A DNA stretch of 55,907 bases from Reyranellaceae bacterium (GTDB lineage: Bacteria; Pseudomonadota; Alphaproteobacteria; Reyranellales; JAQSWP01): the NCBI GenBank assembly GCA_050185515.1, contig JBFWZG010000002.1:1-55907 (forward strand). The letters run 5' to 3'. Below, piece by piece: positions 1 to 8,252 of this stretch. How positions within the stretch are numbered: the stretch's first letter is position 1; every line of letters begins with the position of its first letter. Below the pieces are notes generated by a model, which ran no database searches, was not told the DNA's origin, and worked only from the letters and a program-made list of their open reading frames with translations. The position numbers and the translations under genes were made by a program.

Positions 1-1
1 G

Positions 2-325
2 GACTGGCTCGAGGCGCGCAAGGTGTTCCATGTCTCGCCCTTCCTTCCGGTCGAGGGCCGCTATCGCTTCCGTTTCCGTCTTGATTCCCAGCGGGTTCGG
101 GCCGACATCCACTACCATGACGATGATGGCCTCATGCTGGTGACCTGGTCCGACGGCGACCGCCGCGAGCTCGGTTCCGCATCCGCGCTCGGCGCCGTCT
201 TTCGCCATCCCCTGATGACCTTCATGGTCGTGTTCCGCATTCACCTGCAGGCGGCACGGCTGTGGTTCAAGCGCGCCCGTTTCTTCCGCAAGCCTGCGCC
301 ACCGGCCGAGGAGCTGACGCGATGA
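2..325 (+). CDS. DUF1365 family protein, C-terminal part (5' end outside window)
   Basis: Frame is open from the window edge (DWLEARKVFHVSPFLPVEGRYRFRF...). The stop overlaps the next start as ATGA at 322-325. DUF1365 typically precedes CFA-synthase-like genes. Confidence 0.6.
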   Translation, partial: DWLEARKVFHVSPFLPVEGRYRFRFRLDSQRVRADIHYHDDDGLMLVTWSDGDRRELGSASALGAVFRHPLMTFMVVFRIHLQAARLWFKRARFFRKPAPPAEELTR

Positions 326-1521
326 ACTCGCCGGCGATCTCCGGTCACATGCCGATGGCCGCGCGACTGGCGCTGGCAGCCGCCGCGCGTCTCGATGTGG
401 GCGAGCTGACGGTGAAGCTGCCCGACGGCATGGTCCATCGCTTCGCCGGCCGCCGCGAAGGCCCGCGCGCGGATTTGCACATCACCGACTGGCGCTTCTT
501 CGCGCGCGTCATCAAGGGCGGCGACATGGCCTTTGCCGAGGCCTACATGGATGGCCAGTTCGACACCCCGGACCTGCCGGCCCTGCTGACGCTGGGGGCG
601 CTTAACGAAGCGGCATTGGAGCGCGCCTTCCAGGCGAACTGGCTGCGCCGCGCGCTCTGGCGGCTTATCCACTCGCGCCGTGGCAATTCCCGCCGCGGCT
701 CGGCCCGCAATATCCGTGCCCACTACGATCTCGGCAACGACTTCTACCGGCTGTGGCTCGACGGCGGCATGACCTATTCGTCCGGCCTGTACGAGAACGA
801 AGCCGGTCGCAGCCTGGAAGCGGCGCAGGACGCAAAGTACGCCCGCATCCTCGATCGTCTCGGCGTGCGCCAGGGCGACAGCATCCTCGAGATCGGCTGC
901 GGCTGGGGCGGTTTCGCCGAAGCGGCCGCACGACGCGGCGCAAGAGTGCACGGCATCACCATCTCGCGCGAGCAGCTCGATTTCGCACGCCAGCGCGTGG
1001 CAAAGGCCGATCTCGCGCATGCCGCCGAGATCGAATTTCGCGATTATCGCGACGTGGAAGGCGTCTATGACCACATCGTCTCGATCGAGATGATCGAGGC
1101 CGTGGGAGAGAAATACTGGCCGCAGTATTTCGCCACCCTCTCGCGGCACCTGCGCCCCGGCGGCAAGGCGCTGATCCAGGCCATTACGATTGCCGACAAC
1201 GCGTTCGAGCAGTATCGGCGCGGCACCGACTTCATCCAGCGCCATATTTTCCCCGGCGGCATGCTGCTGTCGCCCCACCGGCTTGTCGAGCAGGCCCGGC
1301 ATGCCGGCCTGAAGCTGGCCGATGCCTACGGCTTCGGCCACGACTACGCCCGCACCCTCGCCGCCTGGCTGGAACGCTTCGACCGGGTCTCCGACCGGGT
1401 GCGGCAAATGGGCTTCGACCAGCGGTTTCAGCGCATGTGGCGTTATTATCTCGCCTATTGCATCGCCGGCTTCTCGACCGGCCGGACCGACGTCTTGCAG
1501 GCCGAACTGGTTCATGCTTAA
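322..1521 (+). CDS. cfa: cyclopropane-fatty-acyl-phospholipid synthase family SAM-dependent methyltransferase
   Basis: SAM-binding motif ILEIGCGWGGF and the characteristic SIEMIEAVG and YLAYC blocks. ATG 322 overlaps the upstream stop. Confidence 0.88.
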   Translation: MNSPAISGHMPMAARLALAAAARLDVGELTVKLPDGMVHRFAGRREGPRADLHITDWRFFARVIKGGDMAFAEAYMDGQFDTPDLPALLTLGALNEAALERAFQANWLRRALWRLIHSRRGNSRRGSARNIRAHYDLGNDFYRLWLDGGMTYSSGLYENEAGRSLEAAQDAKYARILDRLGVRQGDSILEIGCGWGGFAEAAARRGARVHGITISREQLDFARQRVAKADLAHAAEIEFRDYRDVEGVYDHIVSIEMIEAVGEKYWPQYFATLSRHLRPGGKALIQAITIADNAFEQYRRGTDFIQRHIFPGGMLLSPHRLVEQARHAGLKLADAYGFGHDYARTLAAWLERFDRVSDRVRQMGFDQRFQRMWRYYLAYCIAGFSTGRTDVLQAELVHA

Positions 1522-1581
1522 TCAGGTGCCGCGGGCGCCTCGCCCCTGAGCGAGCGTTTCGCAAATGCGAGAAAGGCACTC

Positions 1582-2961
1582 TTGACTCCATCGACCGACA
1601 AATCGGCGGCCGCGCCCGTACGTTTGAGCAGTTGGCGTCTTGGGGCCTATTCGATGCTGCAGCTGCCGCTGGCGATGGCGGCGCTGCCGATCGTCCTCAA
1701 CGTTTCGCACTTCTACGGCAAGCATTTCAGCGTCAATCTCAGCCTCATCGGCGTCATCTTTCTGATCACGCGGCTGATCGACGCGATCCAGGATCCCCTG
1801 ATCGGCTACTTCAGCGACAGGCTGACCCATACCCGCAACGGCCGGCTTCTGATGACGCTGGGGTCGGTGCCGCTGCTTGCCCTGGGGTTCTACGGCGTTT
1901 TCGCGCCGCCGGACCTGACTGGTCATGCCATGCTGGTTTATCTGCTGCTGGCGCTGATCACGGTTCATCTCGGCTATTCCGGCGTATCCATCAACTATCA
2001 TTCGCTGGGCGCCGAACTCAGCTACGACTACCACGAGCGCACCCGCGTTACGGTCTGGCGCGAGGTGTTCGGCATTCTTGGCCTGCTCACCGGCGCCGCC
2101 CTGCCGTCCTACCTCGTGGACCTGTTCGGGGAACTCTCCGGATACTCCCGCCTTGCCGTCACCTTCGTGCCGCTCCTGTTGGTGCCCGCCATCCTGATCT
2201 GGGTCGTGAAGCCGCGGCCGGTGACGCCGCCCGTGCCGCGCACTGCCTTCAGCATCAGCCGCGTCTTCGTCGCTCCGTTCCGCAACAAGCGTTTTCGAAC
2301 GCTGCTGACCGTCTACCTGATTAACGGCACCTCCGTGGCCATCGCCGCCTCCGTGGTCCTGTTCTTCATCGACGACATCGTCGAGGCGCCGCATTACAAG
2401 GTATGGTTCATTCTGGCGTATTTCCTTTCGGGCATGGTCAGCGTACCGTTCTGGCTGTGGCTGTCGCGCCGCACCAGCAAATCGGCGGCGTGGTTCGTCG
2501 GCATGGCGTTCAGTTCGGCCGGCATGGCCTGCGCCATGTTCCTCGGCGCCGGCGACATCACCGCCTACCTGTTCGTATGCGTGCTGGCCGGATTCGGACT
2601 CGGGGCCGATTACGGGCTGCCGCCGGCCATTCTGGCGGACGTCATCCACAACGAAGTCAGCGACAGCCAGGGCGAATCGGGCAAGTATTTCGGCCTGTGG
2701 GCCATGGCAACCAAACTCACCACCGCAATAGGCGGCGGCCTCGCCCTGCCGTTGCTCGACGGCCTCGGTTACAAGCCCGGCCAGATCGATTCCGGCTGGG
2801 CGCTGATCGCCGTCTACGCCGCCCTGCCGGCGCTGGTGAAGCTGATCGCGATCGGCTGGATCTGGCGCATCCGGGTCGAATCGGCCAAGCAGTCGGTCGG
2901 CCAGCAATGGCGCGAGTACCGCAAGCCGATTACCGCGGTCCGCAGCGAGCAGGCGCGGTGA
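1582..2961 (+). CDS. MFS transporter, GPH (glycoside-pentoside-hexuronide)-like
   Basis: About 12 hydrophobic segments and the LIDAIQDPLIGYFSDR motif typical of the GPH/MFS_2 family. TTG start at 1582 has GAAAGG 6 nt upstream; the start is uncertain. Confidence 0.75.
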   Translation: MTPSTDKSAAAPVRLSSWRLGAYSMLQLPLAMAALPIVLNVSHFYGKHFSVNLSLIGVIFLITRLIDAIQDPLIGYFSDRLTHTRNGRLLMTLGSVPLLALGFYGVFAPPDLTGHAMLVYLLLALITVHLGYSGVSINYHSLGAELSYDYHERTRVTVWREVFGILGLLTGAALPSYLVDLFGELSGYSRLAVTFVPLLLVPAILIWVVKPRPVTPPVPRTAFSISRVFVAPFRNKRFRTLLTVYLINGTSVAIAASVVLFFIDDIVEAPHYKVWFILAYFLSGMVSVPFWLWLSRRTSKSAAWFVGMAFSSAGMACAMFLGAGDITAYLFVCVLAGFGLGADYGLPPAILADVIHNEVSDSQGESGKYFGLWAMATKLTTAIGGGLALPLLDGLGYKPGQIDSGWALIAVYAALPALVKLIAIGWIWRIRVESAKQSVGQQWREYRKPITAVRSEQAR

Positions 2962-2993
2962 ACGAACCGGGCGGTTCGTTCGTATAGATCGAT

Positions 2994-3764
2994 ATGGCGA
3001 TTAAGCAGAGTTGGGCGGGAAAGCGGGTTTGGATCGTCGGCGCCTCGAGCGGCATCGGCGCGGCGCTGGCGCGCGAACTGGCGGGCCGCGGCGCGCGGCT
3101 GGCCGTTTCGGCGCGCAACGCGGATGCTCTGCGTACCTTGTGTGCGCAGCTGCTGGGCGACGGCCATCGCGCCCTGCCCCTCGACATCACCGACGAAGCG
3201 GCCTCGCGTGCGGCAGTGGAAACGCTGGAAACCGACTGGGGCGGCATCGACGCCGTCGTCCTCGGCGCGGCGGCCTACGAGCCGATGCGCGCCTTCGCGA
3301 TCGATGCCGAGAGCGGACGGCGGTCACTGCGCGTGAACGTCGAAGGCACGTTCAATTGCATCGCCGCGATCGTGCCGGCGCTGCTGCGGGCCGGTCGCGG
3401 CCAGATCGCCGTCGTCGCCAGCGTCGCCGGCTATCGCGGCCTGCCGCAGGCGCTGGTCTATGGCGCCACAAAGGCCGCATTGATCAACATGACCGAGACG
3501 CTGCGGCTCGATCTGGCCGATCGCGGCATCAAGGTGCAACTCGTCAATCCCGGCTTCGTGCGCACGCCTCTGACGGCGAAGAACGAGTTCCCGATGCCCG
3601 CCATCGTCGAGCCGGAGCAGGCGGCGCGCTGCATCGCCGACGGCATGGAAAGCGAGCGCTTCGAGATCCACTTCCCGATGCGTTTCACCCTGGTGCTGAA
3701 GGCGTTGCGCCTGCTGCCGTACCGGCTCTATTTCCCGCTGATCCGGCGCGTCACCGGCCTTTAG
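2994..3764 (+). CDS. SDR family oxidoreductase
   Basis: Cofactor motif GASSGIGAA, catalytic YGATKAA (YxxxK), and length of about 255 aa. Confidence 0.88.
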   Translation: MAIKQSWAGKRVWIVGASSGIGAALARELAGRGARLAVSARNADALRTLCAQLLGDGHRALPLDITDEAASRAAVETLETDWGGIDAVVLGAAAYEPMRAFAIDAESGRRSLRVNVEGTFNCIAAIVPALLRAGRGQIAVVASVAGYRGLPQALVYGATKAALINMTETLRLDLADRGIKVQLVNPGFVRTPLTAKNEFPMPAIVEPEQAARCIADGMESERFEIHFPMRFTLVLKALRLLPYRLYFPLIRRVTGL

Positions 3765-3765
3765 C

Positions 3766-4932
3766 TCAGACGAAGTCCAGCAGCAGGTTGCGGCCTCCGG
3801 CGGCAGGCGCAGGCAGGTTCCACCAGCGCTGCGCGACCGTGGCGTAGACGTCGCGGAAATCGACGGCATGGCGCAGGTCGCCCTCGCTGAGATCCGCGAG
3901 CGACGGCTGGCGGCCGTGGAAACCGCCCTTCACCTTGCCGCCCATGACGAAATGCGGCGCCGCCGTACCGTGGTCGGTGCCGCGGCTGCCGTTCTCCGCC
4001 GCACGCCGGCCGAATTCCGAATAGGTCATTACCAGCACCCGATCCCACAGCCCGGCCTGCTTCAGGGCCGTCCGGAACGAAACCAGCCCGGCGCCCAGCT
4101 GGCGCATCAGCCGGTCATGCGTCTCGCGCTGGCGCGCATGGGTGTCGAACCCGCCCAGCGCAACTTTCACGACCGCCAACGGCGTGCGCGACAGCAGCAG
4201 GCGCAGCGCCAGATCGAGGTGACGGCCGAGGGCGTCGTTCGGCATCTCGACTGCCGGCGCCGGCGCGTTCTTCATCCGGTCGCGCAAGGTCAGCGCCGCC
4301 CGATGCACCTCGCCCTGCACCTTCAGCAGATGGCGCAGCGCCGGATTGGCCGGCCGCGAGGCCGAAGCCTGCTGCATGCGCTCGGCCTGGCGAACGAAGC
4401 TCTCCACGTCCTTGAGCACGACGTTGCGCAGGCCAGGTCCGCTGACGGGCAGCACGTTGTCGTCGACCACCACGGCGTCGAGAGCGAACGAGGCCGGCCG
4501 CGGGCTCTTCGCCATGGCGCGGGCGATCCAGCCTTCGCTGAGATATTCATCGCTCGAGGACGCCGTGTCCCAGATCTCGATCGAGCGGAAATGCGAGCGG
4601 TTGGGATCGGGATAGCCGACGCCCAGCACCACGCCGAGCTCGCCGGCCTTCCAGGGCTCGAGCAGCGGCTTCAGCCCGGGATTGAGCCCCAGCCTGTCGT
4701 CGAGCTGCACCACCTCGTCGCGCTCGACGCCGATATTCGGGCGCAGCCGGCCATAGGCGGGATCGGCATATGGCACGACCGTGTTCAGCCCGTCATTGCC
4801 GCCTTTCAGTTCGATCAGCACCAGCGCCCGGTCCCAGTTCGGACCGGCGGACGGGGCGGCGAGGCCCGGCCGCGTCGCCAGCGCCACCGATACGCCGCCA
4901 GCCAGAGCAATGAAATCGCGTCGATTGATCAT
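3766..4932 (-). CDS. DUF1501 domain protein (alkaline-phosphatase/sulfatase superfamily), Tat-exported
   Basis: Twin-arginine signal MINRRDFIALAGG. Motifs GGNDGLN, GGFDTH, SEFGRR and GTDHG are characteristic of DUF1501. Confidence 0.8.
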   Translation of the reverse strand: MINRRDFIALAGGVSVALATRPGLAAPSAGPNWDRALVLIELKGGNDGLNTVVPYADPAYGRLRPNIGVERDEVVQLDDRLGLNPGLKPLLEPWKAGELGVVLGVGYPDPNRSHFRSIEIWDTASSSDEYLSEGWIARAMAKSPRPASFALDAVVVDDNVLPVSGPGLRNVVLKDVESFVRQAERMQQASASRPANPALRHLLKVQGEVHRAALTLRDRMKNAPAPAVEMPNDALGRHLDLALRLLLSRTPLAVVKVALGGFDTHARQRETHDRLMRQLGAGLVSFRTALKQAGLWDRVLVMTYSEFGRRAAENGSRGTDHGTAAPHFVMGGKVKGGFHGRQPSLADLSEGDLRHAVDFRDVYATVAQRWWNLPAPAAGGRNLLLDFV

Positions 4933-4939
4933 GATGCGA

Positions 4940-6436
4940 CTACTTCAGCTGATAGACGGGATCGAGCAGCATCTGCGCGAGAGCCGCCCCCGCGTCGGCG
5001 TCGCGTGGCGCCGGGCTGACGGGCGGCAGCGCCAGCACGATGCGTTCGAGCCGCGCCCGATCGATGCCGCGCAGCGGCTCGGGCAGGCGAATGGCCATCG
5101 GCGCGTCGCGCAGCGACCGGCCTTCGACCGGCATCTCGTTGAGCTGTTCCTTGTCCACCGGCCTGGCCATGCCCATTGACCGGCCGCCGGCGACCTGGGT
5201 GGCCTGGATGATGCGCTGCAGCCCCTGCTCGCGCAGCATCAGCGTGTATGACGAAATCCAGGCCTCGCCGCCCGGCCAGCCCTTGACGTTGGGCGGATCG
5301 AACACGTCCTGACCCAGCAGCCTGCCGGCGCGCACCAGCTTCTGCGCGTCGTCGACCGGCAACTGCAGCAGCCGCAGCGTGCCGACCGTCAGTTCGACCG
5401 GCGACTTGAACAGCGTGCCGCGATTGGCCGGATCGCGAAAGGCCGGCGACACCAGCATGGCGCGCAGCAGCGGCTTCATCTCGTACTTGCTGTCGCGCAG
5501 GAGGGCCGCAAGGCGCCCGACCTCGGTCGGATCGGGCTGCGGCGAGATAAATTCGCGCCACAGCTTCTCGACCAGGCGCTCGGCCGTGCGGGGATGGTTC
5601 AGCACCGTGGCGATGATGTCTTCGCCATCGAGATTGCCGCTGCGGCCGAGGAAGGTCTTGTCGCCGTCATCGTGCAGCACGCGATAGATACGATGGGCGC
5701 CAGTGTCGCGGTCGATCGACCAGCCGGTGAAGGCGCGCGCCGCCTCCTTGATGTCGCGTTCGGTGTAGTTCCCCTCGCCGACCGTGAACAGTTCGAGCAG
5801 TTCGCGCGCGAAATTCTCGTTGGGCTGTCCCTTGCGGCTGGAAACGCCGTCAAGATAGAGCAACATCGCCGGATCGCGCGCCACTTCCTGCAGCAGCCGG
5901 GCGTAGTTGCCGGCCGCCTCGCGTCGGAAAAGCTCGTTTTGCCGGATCAGCGACGGCACATAGCGCGTCTTCTGCACCGAGGAGGTGAAATGGTTGTGCC
6001 AGAACAGCACCATGCGCTCGGTGAAGGGCGAAGGCGTCGACAGCATCTCGCGATACCACCACGCCTTGGCTTCGCCGCCCTGCTGGCGCATCAGATTGGC
6101 GATCTTGAGTATGCGTCCCGTATCGCGCTCGGCCTCGCGCTTCTGTCGCCGGATCTCGCGATTGAGCTGGAAGAACTCCGTCGGCGACATCTCCATCCAG
6201 TCCGGCAACGGCGTCGCCGCCCTGGTCCGCATGCCGTCGAGGATGCGTTCGACGCCGTCGGCGTACTCGAGGCCTTCGAAGCGGGAGACCTCCTCGGGCG
6301 TCGGCTGGAAGCCGGTGCGAGCCAGCAGATGCCGCGCCAGGTCCGTCCCCATTGGCGCTGCGACGGCCGATACCGTCGCAAGAGCGACCGTCATGCCCAA
6401 TCCAACCGCCCACATTCGCACGCCGGACCGGATCAT
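4940..6436 (-). CDS. DUF1800 domain protein, secreted
   Basis: N-terminal signal peptide and an LFWHNHFTS block typical of DUF1800. It sits 7 nt upstream of the DUF1501 gene, the canonical pairing. Confidence 0.72.
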   Translation of the reverse strand: MIRSGVRMWAVGLGMTVALATVSAVAAPMGTDLARHLLARTGFQPTPEEVSRFEGLEYADGVERILDGMRTRAATPLPDWMEMSPTEFFQLNREIRRQKREAERDTGRILKIANLMRQQGGEAKAWWYREMLSTPSPFTERMVLFWHNHFTSSVQKTRYVPSLIRQNELFRREAAGNYARLLQEVARDPAMLLYLDGVSSRKGQPNENFARELLELFTVGEGNYTERDIKEAARAFTGWSIDRDTGAHRIYRVLHDDGDKTFLGRSGNLDGEDIIATVLNHPRTAERLVEKLWREFISPQPDPTEVGRLAALLRDSKYEMKPLLRAMLVSPAFRDPANRGTLFKSPVELTVGTLRLLQLPVDDAQKLVRAGRLLGQDVFDPPNVKGWPGGEAWISSYTLMLREQGLQRIIQATQVAGGRSMGMARPVDKEQLNEMPVEGRSLRDAPMAIRLPEPLRGIDRARLERIVLALPPVSPAPRDADAGAALAQMLLDPVYQLK

Positions 6437-6458
6437 CTCGAAGCTCCCGTCGGTGGAA

Positions 6459-6932
6459 CTACTTTCCCGCTTCGGCGCGCCGCGCGCGCCGTTCGTCGCG
6501 GCGCTTGAGATTTTCGGCGATGCCCGCCTGCAGCGCCTGGCGCTGTTCGGGCGTCAGCGTCTGGTAGAACTCGTTCACCGAGCGCAGCATCGCCTTGTAC
6601 TTCTTGCTCTGGATGTCGCCCAGCGTGTCGATCTTGGCGTCGGCTGCCGCGAAATCCGGCGTGGCCTTAGTCATTTCGGCCAGCAGTTCACGGCGCAGGG
6701 GGCGCATCTCGTCGCGAATGTCGTTCGAATCCGCGCGCAATTCCTCGCGCAGCTTCTCGAGTGCCCCTTTCTGAGGTCCGTCGAGATCGAGCTCGTGAAG
6801 AGCCGCCACGATAGGCGAGCGGCTGCCCATGCGATGCTCGGCCAACCGCTTGCCGTAGATGAAGCCGCCAATGGCGAAGACGTTCAACACCAGCGACAGC
6901 GCCAGCAATATCCAGGGCAGTTTCGCGCGCAT
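6459..6932 (-). CDS. Spy/CpxP-family periplasmic protein (LTXXQ motif, 'periplasmic heavy metal sensor' type)
   Basis: Start moved to MRAKLPWILLALS (signal/anchor). The protein is helical and charged, with an LTPEQ (LTXXQ) motif. The start lies 1 nt after the anti-sigma stop. Confidence 0.68.
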   Translation of the reverse strand: MRAKLPWILLALSLVLNVFAIGGFIYGKRLAEHRMGSRSPIVAALHELDLDGPQKGALEKLREELRADSNDIRDEMRPLRRELLAEMTKATPDFAAADAKIDTLGDIQSKKYKAMLRSVNEFYQTLTPEQRQALQAGIAENLKRRDERRARRAEAGK

Positions 6933-6933
6933 C

Positions 6934-7434
6934 TCAGAGCTCCCCTCCGAACAGACCCGTCGAGTCGTCGCCCAGAAGGGCGAACTCGGCCGGCTCATCG
7001 GCCATGGCGATGTTGTCGCCCAGACCACCCCCGATGAAGAAGCCGCCGCTGGCGGCGATCATGAAACAGGCTCCCACCGCCGCCCATTCCAGGCGCCGCT
7101 GCCAGGAGCCGAACTCGACGCCGAGCCGGGCGAAAAATCCGGCCGGCCGTGGCGCGGCAACCCGCGGCGCCACCATGGCGCGGGCGCGCACCAACAGCCG
7201 TTCCGGGGCCGGCTCGACCGTCTCCGCCGCCGCCCGAGCGGCCAGCGCCATCTCCAATAGCGCCGGATCGGTCGCCAGCGCCCCCTCGACGCGCGCCGCC
7301 AGCCCGGCATCGGCCCGGCCGTCGATCCAGGCGGCAAGATCGAGCGGGTCCATCGCCGTCCGCCCGTCCTGGGGACGGGGGGCGGCACGGCGCCACAATC
7401 GGCGGGCTTCGGTAGGGTCGAATTCCTCGGTCAT
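6934..7434 (-). CDS. anti-sigma factor, single-pass membrane, non-ZAS
   Basis: Lies directly downstream of the ECF sigma gene. One TM segment (AAVGACFMIAASGGFFIGGGL), no His and only one Cys, and an extracytoplasmic tail of only about 35 aa. Confidence 0.6.
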   Translation of the reverse strand: MTEEFDPTEARRLWRRAAPRPQDGRTAMDPLDLAAWIDGRADAGLAARVEGALATDPALLEMALAARAAAETVEPAPERLLVRARAMVAPRVAAPRPAGFFARLGVEFGSWQRRLEWAAVGACFMIAASGGFFIGGGLGDNIAMADEPAEFALLGDDSTGLFGGEL

Positions 7435-7474
7435 CTTCGGTTCCTCGTCTGCCTATACGGCGGGGCGACGCCGC

Positions 7475-8020
7475 CTATCCCCCTGCATTGTCGCGGAAAT
7501 GTTCCCGCAGACGGGTCAGGGCCTTATGGTGGGTCGACCGGACAGTCTGGGCCTCGATGCGGAGCACCGTGGCGATCTCCGCCACATCCATATCCCGGTC
7601 GTAAATCATTTTCAAAACAAGGGCTTGGCGCTCGGTCAGCAGCCCGTCAGGGATCGTCAGCGTCTCCTTTTCGACCGGTTCGACCGCCAGGGCCGCCTCC
7701 GGCACGTCGTCGATATTGGACGTCGGCCGCCGCCGGCGCAGCCAGTCCACCGTCGTCGAATAGGCGATAATGCCGATCCAGGTGGCCAGCTTGGCCTTGG
7801 CCGGGTTGAACTCCCGCAGCAGCCGGTAGTCGTCGCGGCAGAGTTTCAGGAAAACTTCCTGGCCGGCATCGAGCAGATCGTCCTGGGTCGGCCTGAATGT
7901 ACCGAAAGCGCGGCGCACCGCGGCGTGAATCGTTGGCGCATAGCGGGCGCAGAAGGCGTCCCAGCTTCGCTTGTCGCCGCCGACCAGCGCCTTCAGATCG
8001 ATCTCTGCGTCCTGCTGCAC
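7475..8020 (-). CDS. ECF-type RNA polymerase sigma-70 factor
   Basis: Region 2 (DDLLDAGQEVFLKL) and region 4 HTH (LTERQALVLKMIYDRDMDVAEIATVLRIEAQTVRSTHHKALTRLR). Start set to in-frame GTG 8020 (182 aa). The longer track ORF upstream is Arg/Gly-rich shadow sequence. Confidence 0.85.
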   Translation of the reverse strand: MQQDAEIDLKALVGGDKRSWDAFCARYAPTIHAAVRRAFGTFRPTQDDLLDAGQEVFLKLCRDDYRLLREFNPAKAKLATWIGIIAYSTTVDWLRRRRPTSNIDDVPEAALAVEPVEKETLTIPDGLLTERQALVLKMIYDRDMDVAEIATVLRIEAQTVRSTHHKALTRLREHFRDNAGG

Positions 8021-8130
8021 GCGCCCGCATCCACCGTGGCTGGCCCCTTCGGGCGACGAGAATAGCCGATCCGGAGGCGGGACGGCGAATATCCCCTTGT
8101 CGCGCCAGCAGATAATTTGCCGGCATCGCG

Positions 8131-8159
8131 TTGACAAGCCCGGGCCCAGTTCCCATTCT
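8131..8159 (+). promoter_or_regulatory. candidate sigma70 promoter (-35 TTGACA, 17-nt spacer, -10 CATTCT)
   Basis: Perfect -35 hexamer at 8131-8136 and a weak -10 at 8154-8159. The predicted TSS near 8166 falls just before the riboswitch P1 stem. Confidence 0.4.
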
Positions 8160-8167
8160 GCCGCCCA

Positions 8168-8250
8168 CAGGCTGGGGTGCCGGACGCGTCGTCCGGCTGA
8201 GATCAAACCCATCGCACCTGATCTGGATAATGCCAGCGAAAGGGAGCCCG
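8168..8250 (+). promoter_or_regulatory. TPP (THI-box) riboswitch
   Basis: GGCU-GGGGUGCC-(hairpin CCGGACG/CGUCCGG)-GGCUGAGA-UCAAACCC-AUCGCACCUGAUCUGGAUAAUGCCAGCG-AAAGGGAGCC. This matches the invariant THI-box core as in the E. coli thiM and thiC leaders. P1 is 8170-8173 pairing with 8245-8248, and it overlaps the SD AGGGAG. Confidence 0.9.
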
Positions 8251-8252
8251 CG

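Noticed and set aside
6934-8020. The ECF sigma/anti-sigma pair considered as RpoE-ChrR controlling the nearby cfa-like cluster.
   Set aside because: The anti-sigma lacks the HxxxCxxC zinc motif and a cupin domain: it has no His and a single Cys inside the TM segment. The pair is oriented away from the cfa cluster and separated from it by three genes.
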